Assembly: GCA_032718475.1 (NCBI GenBank)
Contig: JAUCBJ010006631.1
Location: 26,448 to 90,447 of the forward strand
DNA from: Nemertoderma westbladi
Taxonomy: Eukaryota; Animalia; Xenacoelomorpha
Length of the DNA: 64,000 bases
Direction of reading: 5' to 3'
Shown here: positions 37,581-49,879 of the stretch, piece after piece
How the letters are laid out: each line of letters begins with the position of its first letter
Position numbering within the stretch: position 1 is the first letter of the stretch
Program-made: the position numbers and the translations under genes
Notes under the pieces: generated by a model
The model's database searches: none
Seen by the model: only the letters and a program-made list of their open reading frames with translations
Told to the model about the DNA's origin: nothing

Positions 37581-37888
37581 TGTTCGCGCTTTTGAAGACC
37601 TTTAGCAGTTTAACCTGCCAAATTTTATATGTCTTTTAGTTAATTAAAACCACTTTAGCATACGACAATAATTTATGCTAATACGCAAAACATTAGCCGA
37701 AGTCAGCCCATGCGCGATCATTCACCCGATGGATCTACACCCGGGAGACTGAATTCGGATGCTTGAATTGTATTATTACAGTGTAAGGTTGCAGTGTATA
37801 CCTAATGTATTATTCGATAGATCGTTAATAATTAATCTCTGACAGATATTATTGGCTTTCGGGAAATATTAACAGTTCCTTTAGGACG
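37581..37888 (+). repeat. Left arm of ~300-bp imperfect inverted repeat (pairs with 44152-44442)
   Basis: tgttcgcgctttt...agcagtttaacctgcc...aaacattagccgaag...ccgggagactg...ctttcgggaaatatta.cagttcc.ttaggacg occurs as the reverse complement at 44152-44442. Confidence 0.8.
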
Positions 37889-38926
37889 TGGCGCTTTATC
37901 TATTTAAACAGAACTAAGACTTATACTAAAACGCAACGATACTGCTTATGATTAAAGTATAAAACGTATTCTTTAGGAAATACTTTGTTACCAATCACAA
38001 TCATACACACTATTCTGCCGACAGTCAGTACATTTGATCACACATAAAGAGAGCAGTAATTGACTCACGTAGGGTCTGCTAAATAACATTGGATTCAATA
38101 CACACCACATTAATATAAATCGCAATTGTTATATATAGCCGGTCTCTCTAACCTGTAGTGTTATCAAGAAAATTGGGAATTGGGTGATTTATCCGTATTA
38201 TCCAAATAGCAATATTTCCATCAACAAATATTTACAATTAATAACTGACGGTAAAATAACAGTACAAACAATATGATTAATGCAATTAAGTATCAAGTGA
38301 GTTAATGCTGTATTCGATTTGATGATTAATCAAGTTGTGATTAGTTCGGTAACAGTTTATACTTTCGATAATTCAAGCAGTTTACGGTACAGCAGTATCT
38401 ATCCAAAAATGCCGGTGTTTCTGGCTTAGACAGCAATAACAACAAAGTATCAAGAAAAAACAGTAAGACTGAACACTCTCCTTATGATCGGCAGAAAAGC
38501 TACACGTCGACAGGAAAAACCGCCCTGATTGGCCCAAGCCAAACAAAGAACCACGCGTCCAATGGCTGTTTCCATGTCAGCAACCAGCTGCTAGATGTCG
38601 TAATATGAATCATCACGGCTAAGCTGTGAAAGGTGGTTGGTGCATTACAAGTTTTTTGTCTTACCATGTCCGCCAAAACACGTATATAGCAGAATGATTT
38701 TTATGTCCGTTAAAACACCTGTAAAGGTACCTTGCGGGCGAGGGGAATATATATACAGTTAGAAAACCTTTTTTAGAGTATTCCAGCGCCTGGGGGAGAA
38801 CTGGCCAGCAAAGGCAAACGTATCAGTTATCCCACAAAAGCTTTTACACCGCTCCCAGAAAATGGGATTTAAGTCTATAAAATATACCAAATCACAGTTT
38901 CTAAAATATAAAAATACTCTAAACAG

Positions 38927-40230
38927 TTAGTCTTTCTTGCGCGGACGGCGTTTACGCAGCTTTTTAAAGCTAGCAAGAGTCCTTTTCTCTTTGGGGCGAG
39001 CCACTTTACGAGGAGGGCTATAACTCCTGGGTGAAGGGTGCAATATGATTGCATCAGAAGGTATGGGATTGCGATCTGTATATCCGCCGGTCGAAGTACC
39101 GGGTTGATTGACATCAACGTCCGGGGAGAGGGGTCTAACGGCTTTGAGAGCTCGTTTCAAGACAGCCGCTCTTACGGGTCCTTTACGAGTGGTCTGAACG
39201 AGGGCCGTGGGTGGACCATAGGCAGTTAGAAACTTCCTTGGTTTAATGGTTCTTTCCAACTCGCGTTCGCGGGCTCGGCACTCGTAAGGCCGTCGATATA
39301 CTTCATGTAACTCGATATGCGTGATTTCTGTTCGACAGAAGCGAATAGATAAGGATGGAACGCATAAATTCCTTTGTAAGCGCGTCCAGGATAATAGCGA
39401 TGGCGCGAATCACGATGTAAATCAGCGTTCGCTTCCCAAGCTCTAATGTAACGTAGTGTGATCATTTCATCTACGCTTTCCAAATCGCGATTAAAAAGGG
39501 CAATCGAAACTGGCGTGTCCCTTTAGTTGACAGTGGTGACATTGAGTCATAAATTGAGGGCAAACCGCAAAAATATGCAAATTATTAAATCTGCAATACG
39601 CGCAATAAATTTCCATCGTCGGTTGTTCGTGGAAATAGGAACAGCGGACGTTTGTGTCCATGGGCGTAACATGGTCTTTCGATGCGCATAACCGACAACG
39701 TTGCCGAGAAACATAGTTGGCATGGCGATAATCGTACGCAGTGAGACACTGTGGACCTTGATACCATTCTAGGATGTAATCGTTGTCGCTGTTCCGAGCG
39801 CGATAGGCTGAATCTCTTCAGATTCCAGACATATTGGTTCGTCTTCCCAGTCTGTTACGAATAGAATTTTCGTGATCTATTCTCGGTTTATCGTTACGAC
39901 GCCGCTGGGTATGATATTTAAATAGAACCATTTCCCTTTCGGTGTCTACATCGTCCGTATCATGTAAATCGATAGGATGGCCGGTAGTTAAGAAGTCCAT
40001 ATACGTACCATTACGATGCGTATAGCGAGCGGTTAATTTTCGATAGTCCAATTCACGCGTAAGTTGCTCTTGGGACATCGGCGGTTCGATATCGTTAATC
40101 GATAAATAAACGACCATCGTCCTCCGTAATAGTCGGATCGGCTTCACCGCGTATCAAGCTATCCACAAACGCTTGTAAAGGTAGAGTATATCGCTCTCTA
40201 ATACCAAGGTCATCTTCTATCAATTCCGTC
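38927..40230 (-). pseudogene. Broken homolog of ORF3 (12477-16184)
   Basis: Fragments CQLC...PCYAH, HIFAVCPQFMTQCHHCQLKGHASFDC and WEANADLHRDSRHRYYPGRAYKGIYAFHP align with ORF3 segments CGEC...RCPAH, HSFHTCTVFISQCGYCGVKGHRSARC and WESVADYHIQAQMRWLPFKAGYGFWAVDP. Confidence 0.8.
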
Positions 40231-41854
40231 ATATCTGTTATCTGAGTTTATTAATATCAATATGAGTTAATATTTTAGGCAAGCGGGCGTCGCTGCCTAC
40301 TAGGCCTTTTGCCCCCGGACAGTGGGTTTCTCAGCGCCGATGTACCGCTGTCGCAGTGTTTACGCCAACATGTAGCAATAGCACGACAACGATAACCGGC
40401 ACAAGTCCCACCACTGTCCGTCCCAAAAGCTTGAATCCACTTGAGGTTATCTCGGTAGAGTTAGGGCTATTTTACAATTGCGATTAGCTACTGTAAACAC
40501 ACTTTAGTAGTAACATTCACCTATAAACGCACAAATTCCATACAATCATTACTTACTACACACATGCATGCCATTTGTCCGTTAGTCAGTGTCTTCCAGA
40601 ATGTCACGTTATTACTATGTATCCTTGGATACTAATAGTGCGCTATGTATACTCTTATGCTACGCAATGGGGCAAGCTTTTATTGTTCCTTTAACTTGCT
40701 TCTAATTCTAGCGTGGGTGTTGCCATGGTGACATTATGGAAAACTAGCGGTAGAATTAGGGCAATTCTCATGTATACAGATCTGGGATGTTATTTAATAG
40801 TAATTCTTTAATTGTCAATATCCTCTTTATGCATGATTTTATAAATTTTATCGGCTATTGACTATATGCTGGAGATTCTCACACTCTAGTACACTCAAGA
40901 TGAATCTCCGCTCCCATGATCTATTAATTACTGGAATTTTGGGAATGTTGTAAATTGCACAAAATGACAATTTATGAAACTCATTCGAACATGAATTTAA
41001 ATTTATTCCCGTGAATTTTATTATTTGATGCTAAAATTGACACAATTTGATTCCAGAGCAGGTCTGGGGACATAAGATCCTTAATTCTAGGAAATTTGTC
41101 TTTTAAGAGTATCGGTAAGTGCTACGATATCTTAATCGACTAGAATTGTTAACGGATCTGAATTTTACAGATTTTAATAAATATTAAATTAATATTTAGG
41201 ATGGGCACCAATTTATTCCAGAACTTGTCTGGGGACGTTAACCACTGATTCTAGAATTTGTCTTTCAAGTATATCGGTGGGTGCCACGATATCTTAATCG
41301 ACTAGAATTACAGATGGTCAAAAGTTTAACAGATTTATTTGCGATTGACGCTACTGTTAGAGGGACATCACGCTACTATATGTATTATTTGTTATAAGGT
41401 AGAAGAGCAATATCGCACGAAGCAATGTCAGTGTGAAGAGGCAAGTCGTTTCCAAGGTCTACCCAGAGCTTGGTTTAGCCGAGACACGAGGATCTGAACT
41501 TTGCATTCCTAATACTCTGCCTACCAATAATACTTAAATATAGTAGTGGCTTTATTGTACTTTAAGAAGTACTGACATGTCATCTTACTATAGTCTCGCA
41601 TTTATAATATAATACGGACAGTAAGGAAAGAGAAAATAATTACTTCTTGCCGTCGCACTAAATATATATTATAAGTAATTATGTACGTAATAAACACTAA
41701 TATATTGCACTAATCTACTAAACATTCTAAAATAACATTTTACTAAATAAAATTAAATAAAAACGATTATAATAAAGTACATAATAATACATACATAAAT
41801 ATAAAATAAAAACAAATATAAAATGATATAGTCACACGCCCACTCCATATGTTA

Positions 41855-44150
41855 TTACGTTATGGAGTCCCTAGATATTTGTCGGATTAGGGAAGTGGTC
41901 GTAGGAAGAGTATCTTGCCTTCCATAGTTTCCGGACAGTTTTCGGTCTCTTTCCAGTAAACATAAACGACTAGCTGGGCGATTGAGTGGTTGTGTTAGTT
42001 TCTCCGCTCCCTTGGCCTGTCTACTCTCCGCCGTGGTAAGATGAGGAGGCCATTCTTCTTCTTCTTTACTTAAGAAGTCGGATCCACCTAACCAGCCTGG
42101 AGTATCTATCAGTTCTTGAGGAGTTGCTCCTCTGGAAGCGATGTCGGCTGGATTAATCGTCCCAAGGCAATGTCTCCATTGATCTACATTGGAGTTAATA
42201 TCGTCATTATCTGAGGAGTATGGTGTTCCCTCAGTTGGGTCGTCCACATCACTGCTCTCCACTTCCCCCTTTACTTGGTATACCTGTTGTTGAGGTAATC
42301 TCTCTTTGAGAGTTCTACGGGAAGGGCCAGTGAAGTACCAACCTACTCTAGTTCTTACCGCATAGGTTTGTAGTGGCTGTGGTTGAGCAGGCCGTTTCTC
42401 TAATGGCTCGAGCGCCTCATGCGCGTTTTGGCCGATGAGTATTTGCACTCCAGGATAATCGGTTTGGAATCGAGGTATCTCAAGATGTTGGATGCACTCG
42501 TCCTCGTCCCAGTTATAAGGTTCTGCTTGAGTAGTAGCAAAGTTCTTTATAGCCACCATTTTTACTGACCTTATACCTTGTGTTCCTAACTTATCCTGGG
42601 GGGTGGACAACACACCTACATAGTAATCTGCCGTTAGGGTAGATTTCCAAACCTGCATAATTCCTGACATATTCAATTTAGTCCGGAACTTGGGTTGTCC
42701 AGCAAAGATATCTTCGGCTAGTTCTTGATCGATGAATGTTCCTGTGCTGCCGGAGTCAAGTAGGGCGTTCACTATGTAACTCTTGTTGGGACCATGAACT
42801 CGAACTTGCACTACAGGAAATTCTCTTATTCCTATGTTGGAAGTTGGAACTTTCCAAGATGGTTGTTTGTCAAAAGGAGTTGGAGTAAACTCGTCAGTGT
42901 CCTTTTCATCCGTAAGTGCTCGATACACTGTGGTATTTATTAGATAACAGGATTCGTTGGCATCGGAGAATTCGTCTGTATAGAATCCTTCCCACTCAGA
43001 ACCTTGGTCAGTGTCGTTCACATCACTGAATTGGACATGTAGTTCGGGCTCACTTACCTGACTCGGGTTGTCTCGTTCGAACTCACTGTGTAACAAAATG
43101 TGATGTTTCGCGCCACACTTTGCACACTTTGCGTCGGAGTAACAGGTTCGCCGTTGGTGTCCTGATCTGAGGCAATTATAGCATAACCGCTTATTCCACA
43201 GGACTGTACGTCTGTCTACAGGGGATTTCTTTAGAAATTCAGCACACGCACTCAAACGGTGAGGCCCGTCGCACAGCGCACATTTTGGTTTGATGTTACT
43301 CACCTTAACTTGGTTAACGTTATGCACTCTCGTTCTTTCTTCGGGCTTTCTTCCGTGAATTCTCTTAGGAGACGTAGGAGGAGTTGTTGTTACCTGTTCT
43401 CTCCTGTCACTGGTTCGAGACTTGTATTTACTTACGTCTTTATAGGTCTTGTTGTCATAGTAAGATTTTGCTGTGTCTTTCCCGCTGTCCTCTTCTTGAG
43501 AAGCTTGGCTTTCGCCGTCGTCAGTATAACACACTGGTATTATCCTTCTCCTAGAATCGGGTTTCTCACTTACCTTATTTTCCGATGTTTTCTCTCTGGC
43601 CTGCCTTATGAGTTGTAATTTTACTTCACTATCTAAGAAAGACATGAGATCAGCCATGGTAGGACTTCGTCGTTGTTGTTCATTCATGTACAACACTTTC
43701 TTGTCCCAGCGTGTACATACTCCACCCTTTGGTAAAGTAGAGACTACGGCTCCAATAACCATGGAACTCTGGTATTCGTGCGACTTACCTAACCAGTCCA
43801 GTTGTCTACAGATCTCTTGTATTTCATCGGAAAACTCTATAATCCCACTACTAAGGAAGTGTCGGGGGGCTACTAATTTTGTATACAAATACTTAGCTAT
43901 GTTATCTTTGTTACCATACCTGATGTTTAATGTATCCCAAACTTGTCTTAATCCATCTGGATGTCCAATAAACTTTAACGCCATTACTTGGGAGGTCCTT
44001 CCAAACACTTGATGAGGAATCTAAGTTTCTCTCCGTTAGATAGTACAGAGTTCTGTATGCTATCTTTGTAATATTCGTTGAAAGGTAACCATTTCATCTC
44101 ATCCCCATTGAATTTGACGATCTCTCCCACTTTGACCGCTTGGCGGGCTT
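41855..44150 (-). pseudogene. BEL gag-protease fused to RNase H C-terminus (RT and integrase deleted)
   Basis: 717-aa ORF plus a frameshifted upstream piece at 44010-44150. Confidence 0.85.
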
Positions 44151-44151
44151 C

Positions 44152-44442
44152 CGTCCTAAAAGGAACTGCTAATATTTCCCGAAAGTGAATAATATTTGTC
44201 AGAGATTATATATTAGTAATCAATCGAATAATACAGTAGGCTTGACCGCAAATAAATTTAAGCCCACGAATCCAGTCTCCCGGTGTTATAAACGGGTCAT
44301 TTGGACGCGCATGGACTGGCTTCGGCTAATGTTTTTGGTTTGTTTTGTATTAAATCTTATCATCTTAAAAAAGGCAGATTATCAATAAAGACATATAAAT
44401 TTCGGCAGGTTAAACTGCTGAAGGTCTATAAAAGCGCGTACA
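44152..44442 (-). repeat. Right arm of ~300-bp imperfect inverted repeat
   Basis: Reverse complement of 37581-37888; ends aaaagcgcgtaca. Confidence 0.8.
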
Positions 44443-44446
44443 TATA

Positions 44447-44930
44447 TGTAGATAGATAGATAGATAGATCGATTTATTTATACATTATGTAAAAACAATA
44501 ACAAATACACCAAACAATGTACCGGTATAAAGGTATTGTCCAACATAACATATAGGATTACCCCTAAAGCTTTGCAGCTTATTTCCAAGGGGGTCCTTTA
44601 TGTTACTTGGTTACAAATACAATATTACACTACGCTAACCTAAAACCAATATAAAACGTAATTACACTATGTACATGTACAACTTTACCGAGAGCGTGAC
44701 AATGCCCGACTCAATGATAAAGATGTACAGTAATGTACAGAACAATTAATTATAAAACGTAATTACAGTATAAATAGTAAATAATTAATAAACTAATAAC
44801 TTACTGTAGGACTATTGTACCTATTTTTACATTGCACACGGAGGTGAGATTTAACTGCAGATTTAAAAGAATGTATTGAATTTATAATAGGTCATGCGTT
44901 AGGTTCCAAAGAGCTTTAGGTCCCATTGCC
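44447..44930 (-). mobile_element. CR1/L2-type LINE 3' end with (TATC)n tail
   Basis: Degenerate GPK.LWN.. motif, a 3' UTR stem-loop (ggacccccttggaaataagc...ttaggggtaatcc) and a (gata)n tail at 44447-44470. Confidence 0.55.
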
Positions 44931-45072
44931 AGAGAGCGTGAGGTCACATTGCCATTTAAAGGAGCAGGTTAGTAAAGAAACAGGTTACAGAGGCGTGTTG
45001 GGGAACCAAAACAATAAACGAAAGCTAACACATGTGTTTTGTATTTGTACTTTATTATTTAGGTCGTTGGTC

Positions 45073-45192
45073 TTTGTGGGGCGAGCCACGAAGTTGGCGG
45101 AGCCTTAGCGAATTGACACTGTTAGGGGGTTGGTCAATTTATGCAAATAGTTGTCGTCGTCGTCGTCGTCGTTGTCGTCGTCGTCTTCGTCG

Positions 45193-45224
<32 letters not shown>

Positions 45225-46408
45225 GTCGTTACGATTTTGACATGCTAATAACTTTGTCGGATTTAAAGCTGCCAAGTTGAAAATTTGTAGGTATCAATAT
45301 GAGCAAAAGTTGAGATTTTTGAGAGACTTTCAGACACCATCAGTGCAATGGTCTCCCGCTAGAGGGCCACATGTCTAAACATTAAATGCCCTCCCATTTC
45401 TTTGCTTTTAATCCGTTTAAGCTGAAACTTGGCAGATATGTATTAGACCATTAGCTGTGACTTTCAAAGGAGGCGAATCCATCTGCAGTTCTCCAGTCTG
45501 CCGCTGGAGGGCCAAAGGTCTGAAAGTGAAATCGTTGTCGTCGTTACGATTTTGACATGCTAATAACTTTGTCGGATTTAAAGCTGCCAAGTTGAAAATT
45601 TGTAGGTATCAATATGAGCAAAAGTTGAGATTTTTGAGAGACTTTCAGACACCATCAGTGCAATGGTCTCCCGCTAGAGGGCCACATGTCTAAACATTAA
45701 ATGCCCTCCCATTTCTTTGCTTTTAATCCGTTTAAGCTGAAACTTGGCAGATATGTATTAGACCATTAGCTGTGACTTTCAAAGGAGGCGAATCCATCTG
45801 CAGTTCTCCAGTCTGCCGCTAGAGGGCCAAATGTCTGAAAGTGAAATCATTGTCGTCGTTATGATATTGACATGCTTATAACTTAGTCGAATTTAAAGCT
45901 GCCAAGTTGAAAATTTGTTTTGTTGAAAATCAGTTCAACAGTCACCCGCTATAGGACTATTTTATGCCTGAAAGTGAATAGATTCTCCCGTCTCATTGAT
46001 TTTAATCAGTTTAAGCTGAATCTTGCCATATATTCTGGACCACATGCTGCATCTTTGTGGGGGGGGGGGGGGGGGGGGGGGAGATTTAATCGGTCTGCCG
46101 CTATACGACGAAATTTCTGAAAGTGAGATCCGTCTCTCATTTCGTTATCCGTTATTCAAGATGAAACTTGGCCGATGTACGTATGTACTATTCATCCATA
46201 GGCTGTGTCTTTGTGGGGCTGGAGACCCTAATCCATCTTCAGTTCTCACTATAACGCTAGAGTCAGAAATGTCTGAATAGAAATGAAAGAGGTAAAAAGT
46301 GATTAGGCGAAATCTGCTTAAAATTTGCTAATACAGTAATACTTTCGAATTAGTACTTAAATTAAATTTAAGTCACGTGCTGCGCGAAGGCCCCACTTCG
46401 TGTTTTGT
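45073..46408 (+). mobile_element. HINE/Helentron-like non-autonomous element with (GTC)n microsatellite and satellite array
   Basis: tttgtggggcgagccacg start, (gtc)n at 45152-45230, 315-bp periodic core, acgtgctgcgcgaaggccccac end followed by T-rich sequence. Confidence 0.7.
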
Positions 46409-47572
46409 AGTCACGCAACACTGCGGTGTTGCGTGGGGGCCACCAATCCACCCACCCACACTCAACTCCCAACTTCCTGGACACTAGGATACTGAGTGAA
46501 AGCGTCTGAAACTACTACAGGAACACCATGACTAGCGACTAGGGACTGGCGCCCTTGAATATGTAAACTGTAGTACCTACTGTACCACCTACCTTAAATT
46601 GACCTGTGGGACCAGTCCATTATTAGTGAGGTCGGCATTTCTCTTTATCCTGCCGCTCTCTTTGTATTACAATATCATACAGCTAACCAATGGCAATGGT
46701 CTACCCCCAGTGCGGGAAAGACAAGCTGGCTACCATTGAAATGAATAGGGGAAGGATAATATGGTGTGTTCGTGTTCCCATCCTAATGTCTGTCGTCTTG
46801 GCTCAGCTAAGCTTTAACAGAGCCACAGCCTACAATAGAGCTTTACCTAAATACACTTCCAGTGAGCCAAGCAGTAGTGGCGGGTCAGCTCCAAAATGCC
46901 CATGTAGGATTTCTTCGAAAAAGGACCAATTGGTTGAGTTACGAGTTACAGAGAAAAAGTATTCATGATTAGATTTTGCTTTGAACAGGAGAAACAGTAC
47001 CTTCTTGTATAGTTCATATGTGTACATGTGTTAATTATTAGCGTTGGGCTTATTTCTATGTATTTTTGCCTGTATTCTATGTATGTCACGTGAAAACATG
47101 CAAGGCCACTAGCGTCCAGTTTAAAAAAATGAAAACAGGATTCACATTCCGAATTATCTACTAATTCCCCCCCCCCCCCCATGCACACTCAACTCACCAT
47201 ATAGGCCCAAGTATGATTCACACATGACCTTACATAGCCATCACACCTCTCCTGAGCCACGGTAAATAATATTAAATCCAGCGAACTTCTAATTAACTCC
47301 AGCGAAATTAATTATCAATATATTAATTATATTCAACGCAGATACACAGATAAAACACAATAATTATTTATTACATGGGAAAAATAGTTAAAATGTTTTC
47401 ACTATTAATTCTCGAGGCATTATATTTACCGTGTGCGAGCGAGGTTAATAAAGGGTCAAGAAAATATTGAAAATAAAAATGTTCTATGTTTACCTTACAA
47501 AATGAAAAATAAACGTGCGAAATATAAAACAGTAGAGTCCTACTCGAACGGAACGGAACCGTCCGGGGTTTG

Positions 47573-49580
47573 TTTTTACAGTGTCGTTTAAACATAGTTT
47601 AAAGTAAGCTATGTTTTTGACAGTGTCGTTTAAACATAGTTTAAAGTAAGCGATGTTTTTACAGTGTCGTTTAAACATAGTTTAAAGTAAGCTATGTTTT
47701 TGCAGTGTTTTGTCCAATCAAATGCGTTGTTGACAATATCTGCAATTAGTAAATAGATCACGAGAGGGCGCTGTTGAGCAATTGTTGTATTCCAGTATTC
47801 GATCAGCAAAATCGAATTTCTGATATGAAGGGTACACGGTACGGACAGTACGGGGTAATTCCATCCAAATTCGATAAATCACGGTGGCATGGGGTCATTG
47901 ATTTCGTTTATTTTTGGATATATGGTCGGAAATGGTATAAAATGACACCTGATGAAATATTTCTAATGATGGTGTATTGGTTTTCGAGATATTGCAGTTC
48001 AAAGTTTGCGATTTATTCGAACATATCCCCATTGAAATCTACAGGAAATCTTTCTGACTAGAGGGTGGAGTGTCATTTTATGTTTATTGTACACATAAAT
48101 AGGTCTCATACACATTAAAACCATGAATAAATACCACCCACTTGTCAGACCAACTTTTCTATATGGGCAAAGATTGGACTTTTCGACAAATTTTGTCTTT
48201 TTGAGGCTTGAGTTAGAGTGGTCTGATTAGTGGGTAGCCCAAAACATTTAGTAAATAGTTAGATATACCAAAGGGGGGTTCTGTGGTACAGTTTTCATGT
48301 ACCGCCAGCAAGTCAGACTTCCATACCATCATCTGGAAAATTGAAACTTTAAAAAATTGCCATACTTCAGAACATCACTGCAAGCGTCTGATAAAAGATG
48401 GGTGCTTGAAATGAATCATGAGTAGTAACATGGATAAGGGAAACATGCATGACAAGTTTCGGATCCCACCCATGCCTTCTTCAGTATATATTATTTAATT
48501 TAAAAGTTCAACTTTCAAAATTAATCATAACCAGCACACATTAAGTATTTAAATGTTTTAGACACAATAAAGGCTGTTTTTTTCACCACCCACTTGTCAG
48601 ATATTTTATGTGTAACAAACAAAGGTAAATAACTTTCACATATTATTGACTAATTTCCATACCCAATGAAGTATATACCTTCCGATACTATTAATTATGA
48701 TATCATAATAGAAAGAAAAGCTGTGGAAGAGTAAAGCTTTGCGAGGATAATTTGCTCGTAATGTGACAATTATTATATTTATTTAAATTTATTGTTTTGT
48801 AGATTACCTCGCCATCGTCTGATTGCTTTGGTTGCTGGTTGGTGTTTAATACTGTAATAGACTCCATCGCCATCGTATCAAACAAGTTTAATGGGCCAAA
48901 ATATTATGTTTTCTTAAATAGGCACCTTTTTAATTAAAACTATATTAGTTATAAATAAAACCAAAATGTTTTATCACCATTTCATTAAGTCGATGTTTCT
49001 CTAGAACTTCCAATTTCACCATGTATTTGTCATGAACTAGCAAATACAATGGCCCAATAGGTGAATAATACACCAACAACAGCTGCATTGGTAACATACT
49101 ATTACAAGACAGAAGAATTACATTCGGTTATGTGTTGTAGATGATTGTGGCCAATACTTTATATATTTACTACAATACTATTATATTTAAGTTTGAAAAT
49201 GTCTCATCTTCTGAAATTTGTTGGCACCTCCGTATTAGGCTCTCAATTTCCGAGATGAAATTTTCGGATGCCGTACGTACTGCAGTGTAACTACTGTATA
49301 CTGTTAACCGTACTGTCCGTACCGTGTACCCTACATATCAGAAATTTGATTTAGCTGTTCAAATACTGGAATACAACAATTGCTCAACAGCGCCCTCTTG
49401 TGATCTATTTACTAATTGCAGCTATTGTCAACAATGCATTTGATTGGATAAAACACTGCAAAAACATAGCTTACTATGTTTAAACTAAACTAAACTATGT
49501 TTAAACGAGACTGTAAAAACATCGCTTACTTTAAACTATGTTTAAACGACACTGTAAAAACATCGCTTACTTTAAACTAT
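47573..49580. mobile_element. Foldback-like element: ~280-bp inverted arms containing ~41-bp tandem subrepeats around a 1.45-kb non-coding core
   Basis: 47573-47853 is the reverse complement of 49308-49580 (gagggcgctgttgagcaattgttgtattccagtatt; ggtacacggtacggacagtacgg); subrepeat ttttacagtgtcgtttaaacatagtttaaagtaagcgatg. Confidence 0.75.
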
Positions 49581-49879
49581 ATTACTGCAAACAATTTTAA
49601 GCAATGTTGGAACAGAACTGCAATTAAATACCTTATTTAAAGCGATTTATTACAGTCAACTACATAAACATAGCTTACTTTTAAGCGATGTTTTAACAGA
49701 ACTTGTAAAAAATACCTTACTTTTAAGCGATTTATTAAAGTCAACTACATAAGCATAGCTTACTTTTAAGCGATGTATAAATTCAAATGAAATAAAATAC
49801 CATACTTTTAAGCGATGCTTATAAATATAAGCTAATGAAAAATGTAAGGTACACATTTGTAATTCTAAGGTATTTTGGC

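Larger units (their letters stand above)
37890..44151 (-). mobile_element. Second BEL/Pao element, 5'-truncated and internally deleted, with ORF3 remnants and a probable 3' LTR starting at 38848
   Basis: Gag (KFNGD..W..F, CYNCLRSGH..C, CAKCGAKHHILLH) and protease LLDSGS are joined directly to the RNase H end QWRHCLGTINPADIASRG. The GGAGCGG|TGT junction at 38848 matches element 1. The distal LTR end is not determined. Confidence 0.85.

Noticed and set aside
37782-37792. TGTAAGGTTGC as the distal LTR end of element 2 (resembles TGTAAGGGTTGC at 10047)
   Set aside because: It lies inside the 37581-37888 inverted-repeat arm, so it cannot be assigned to the LTR.
45032-45280. Arg/Cys-rich protamine-like ORF
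   Set aside because: Translation of the (GTC)n microsatellite of the HINE-like element.
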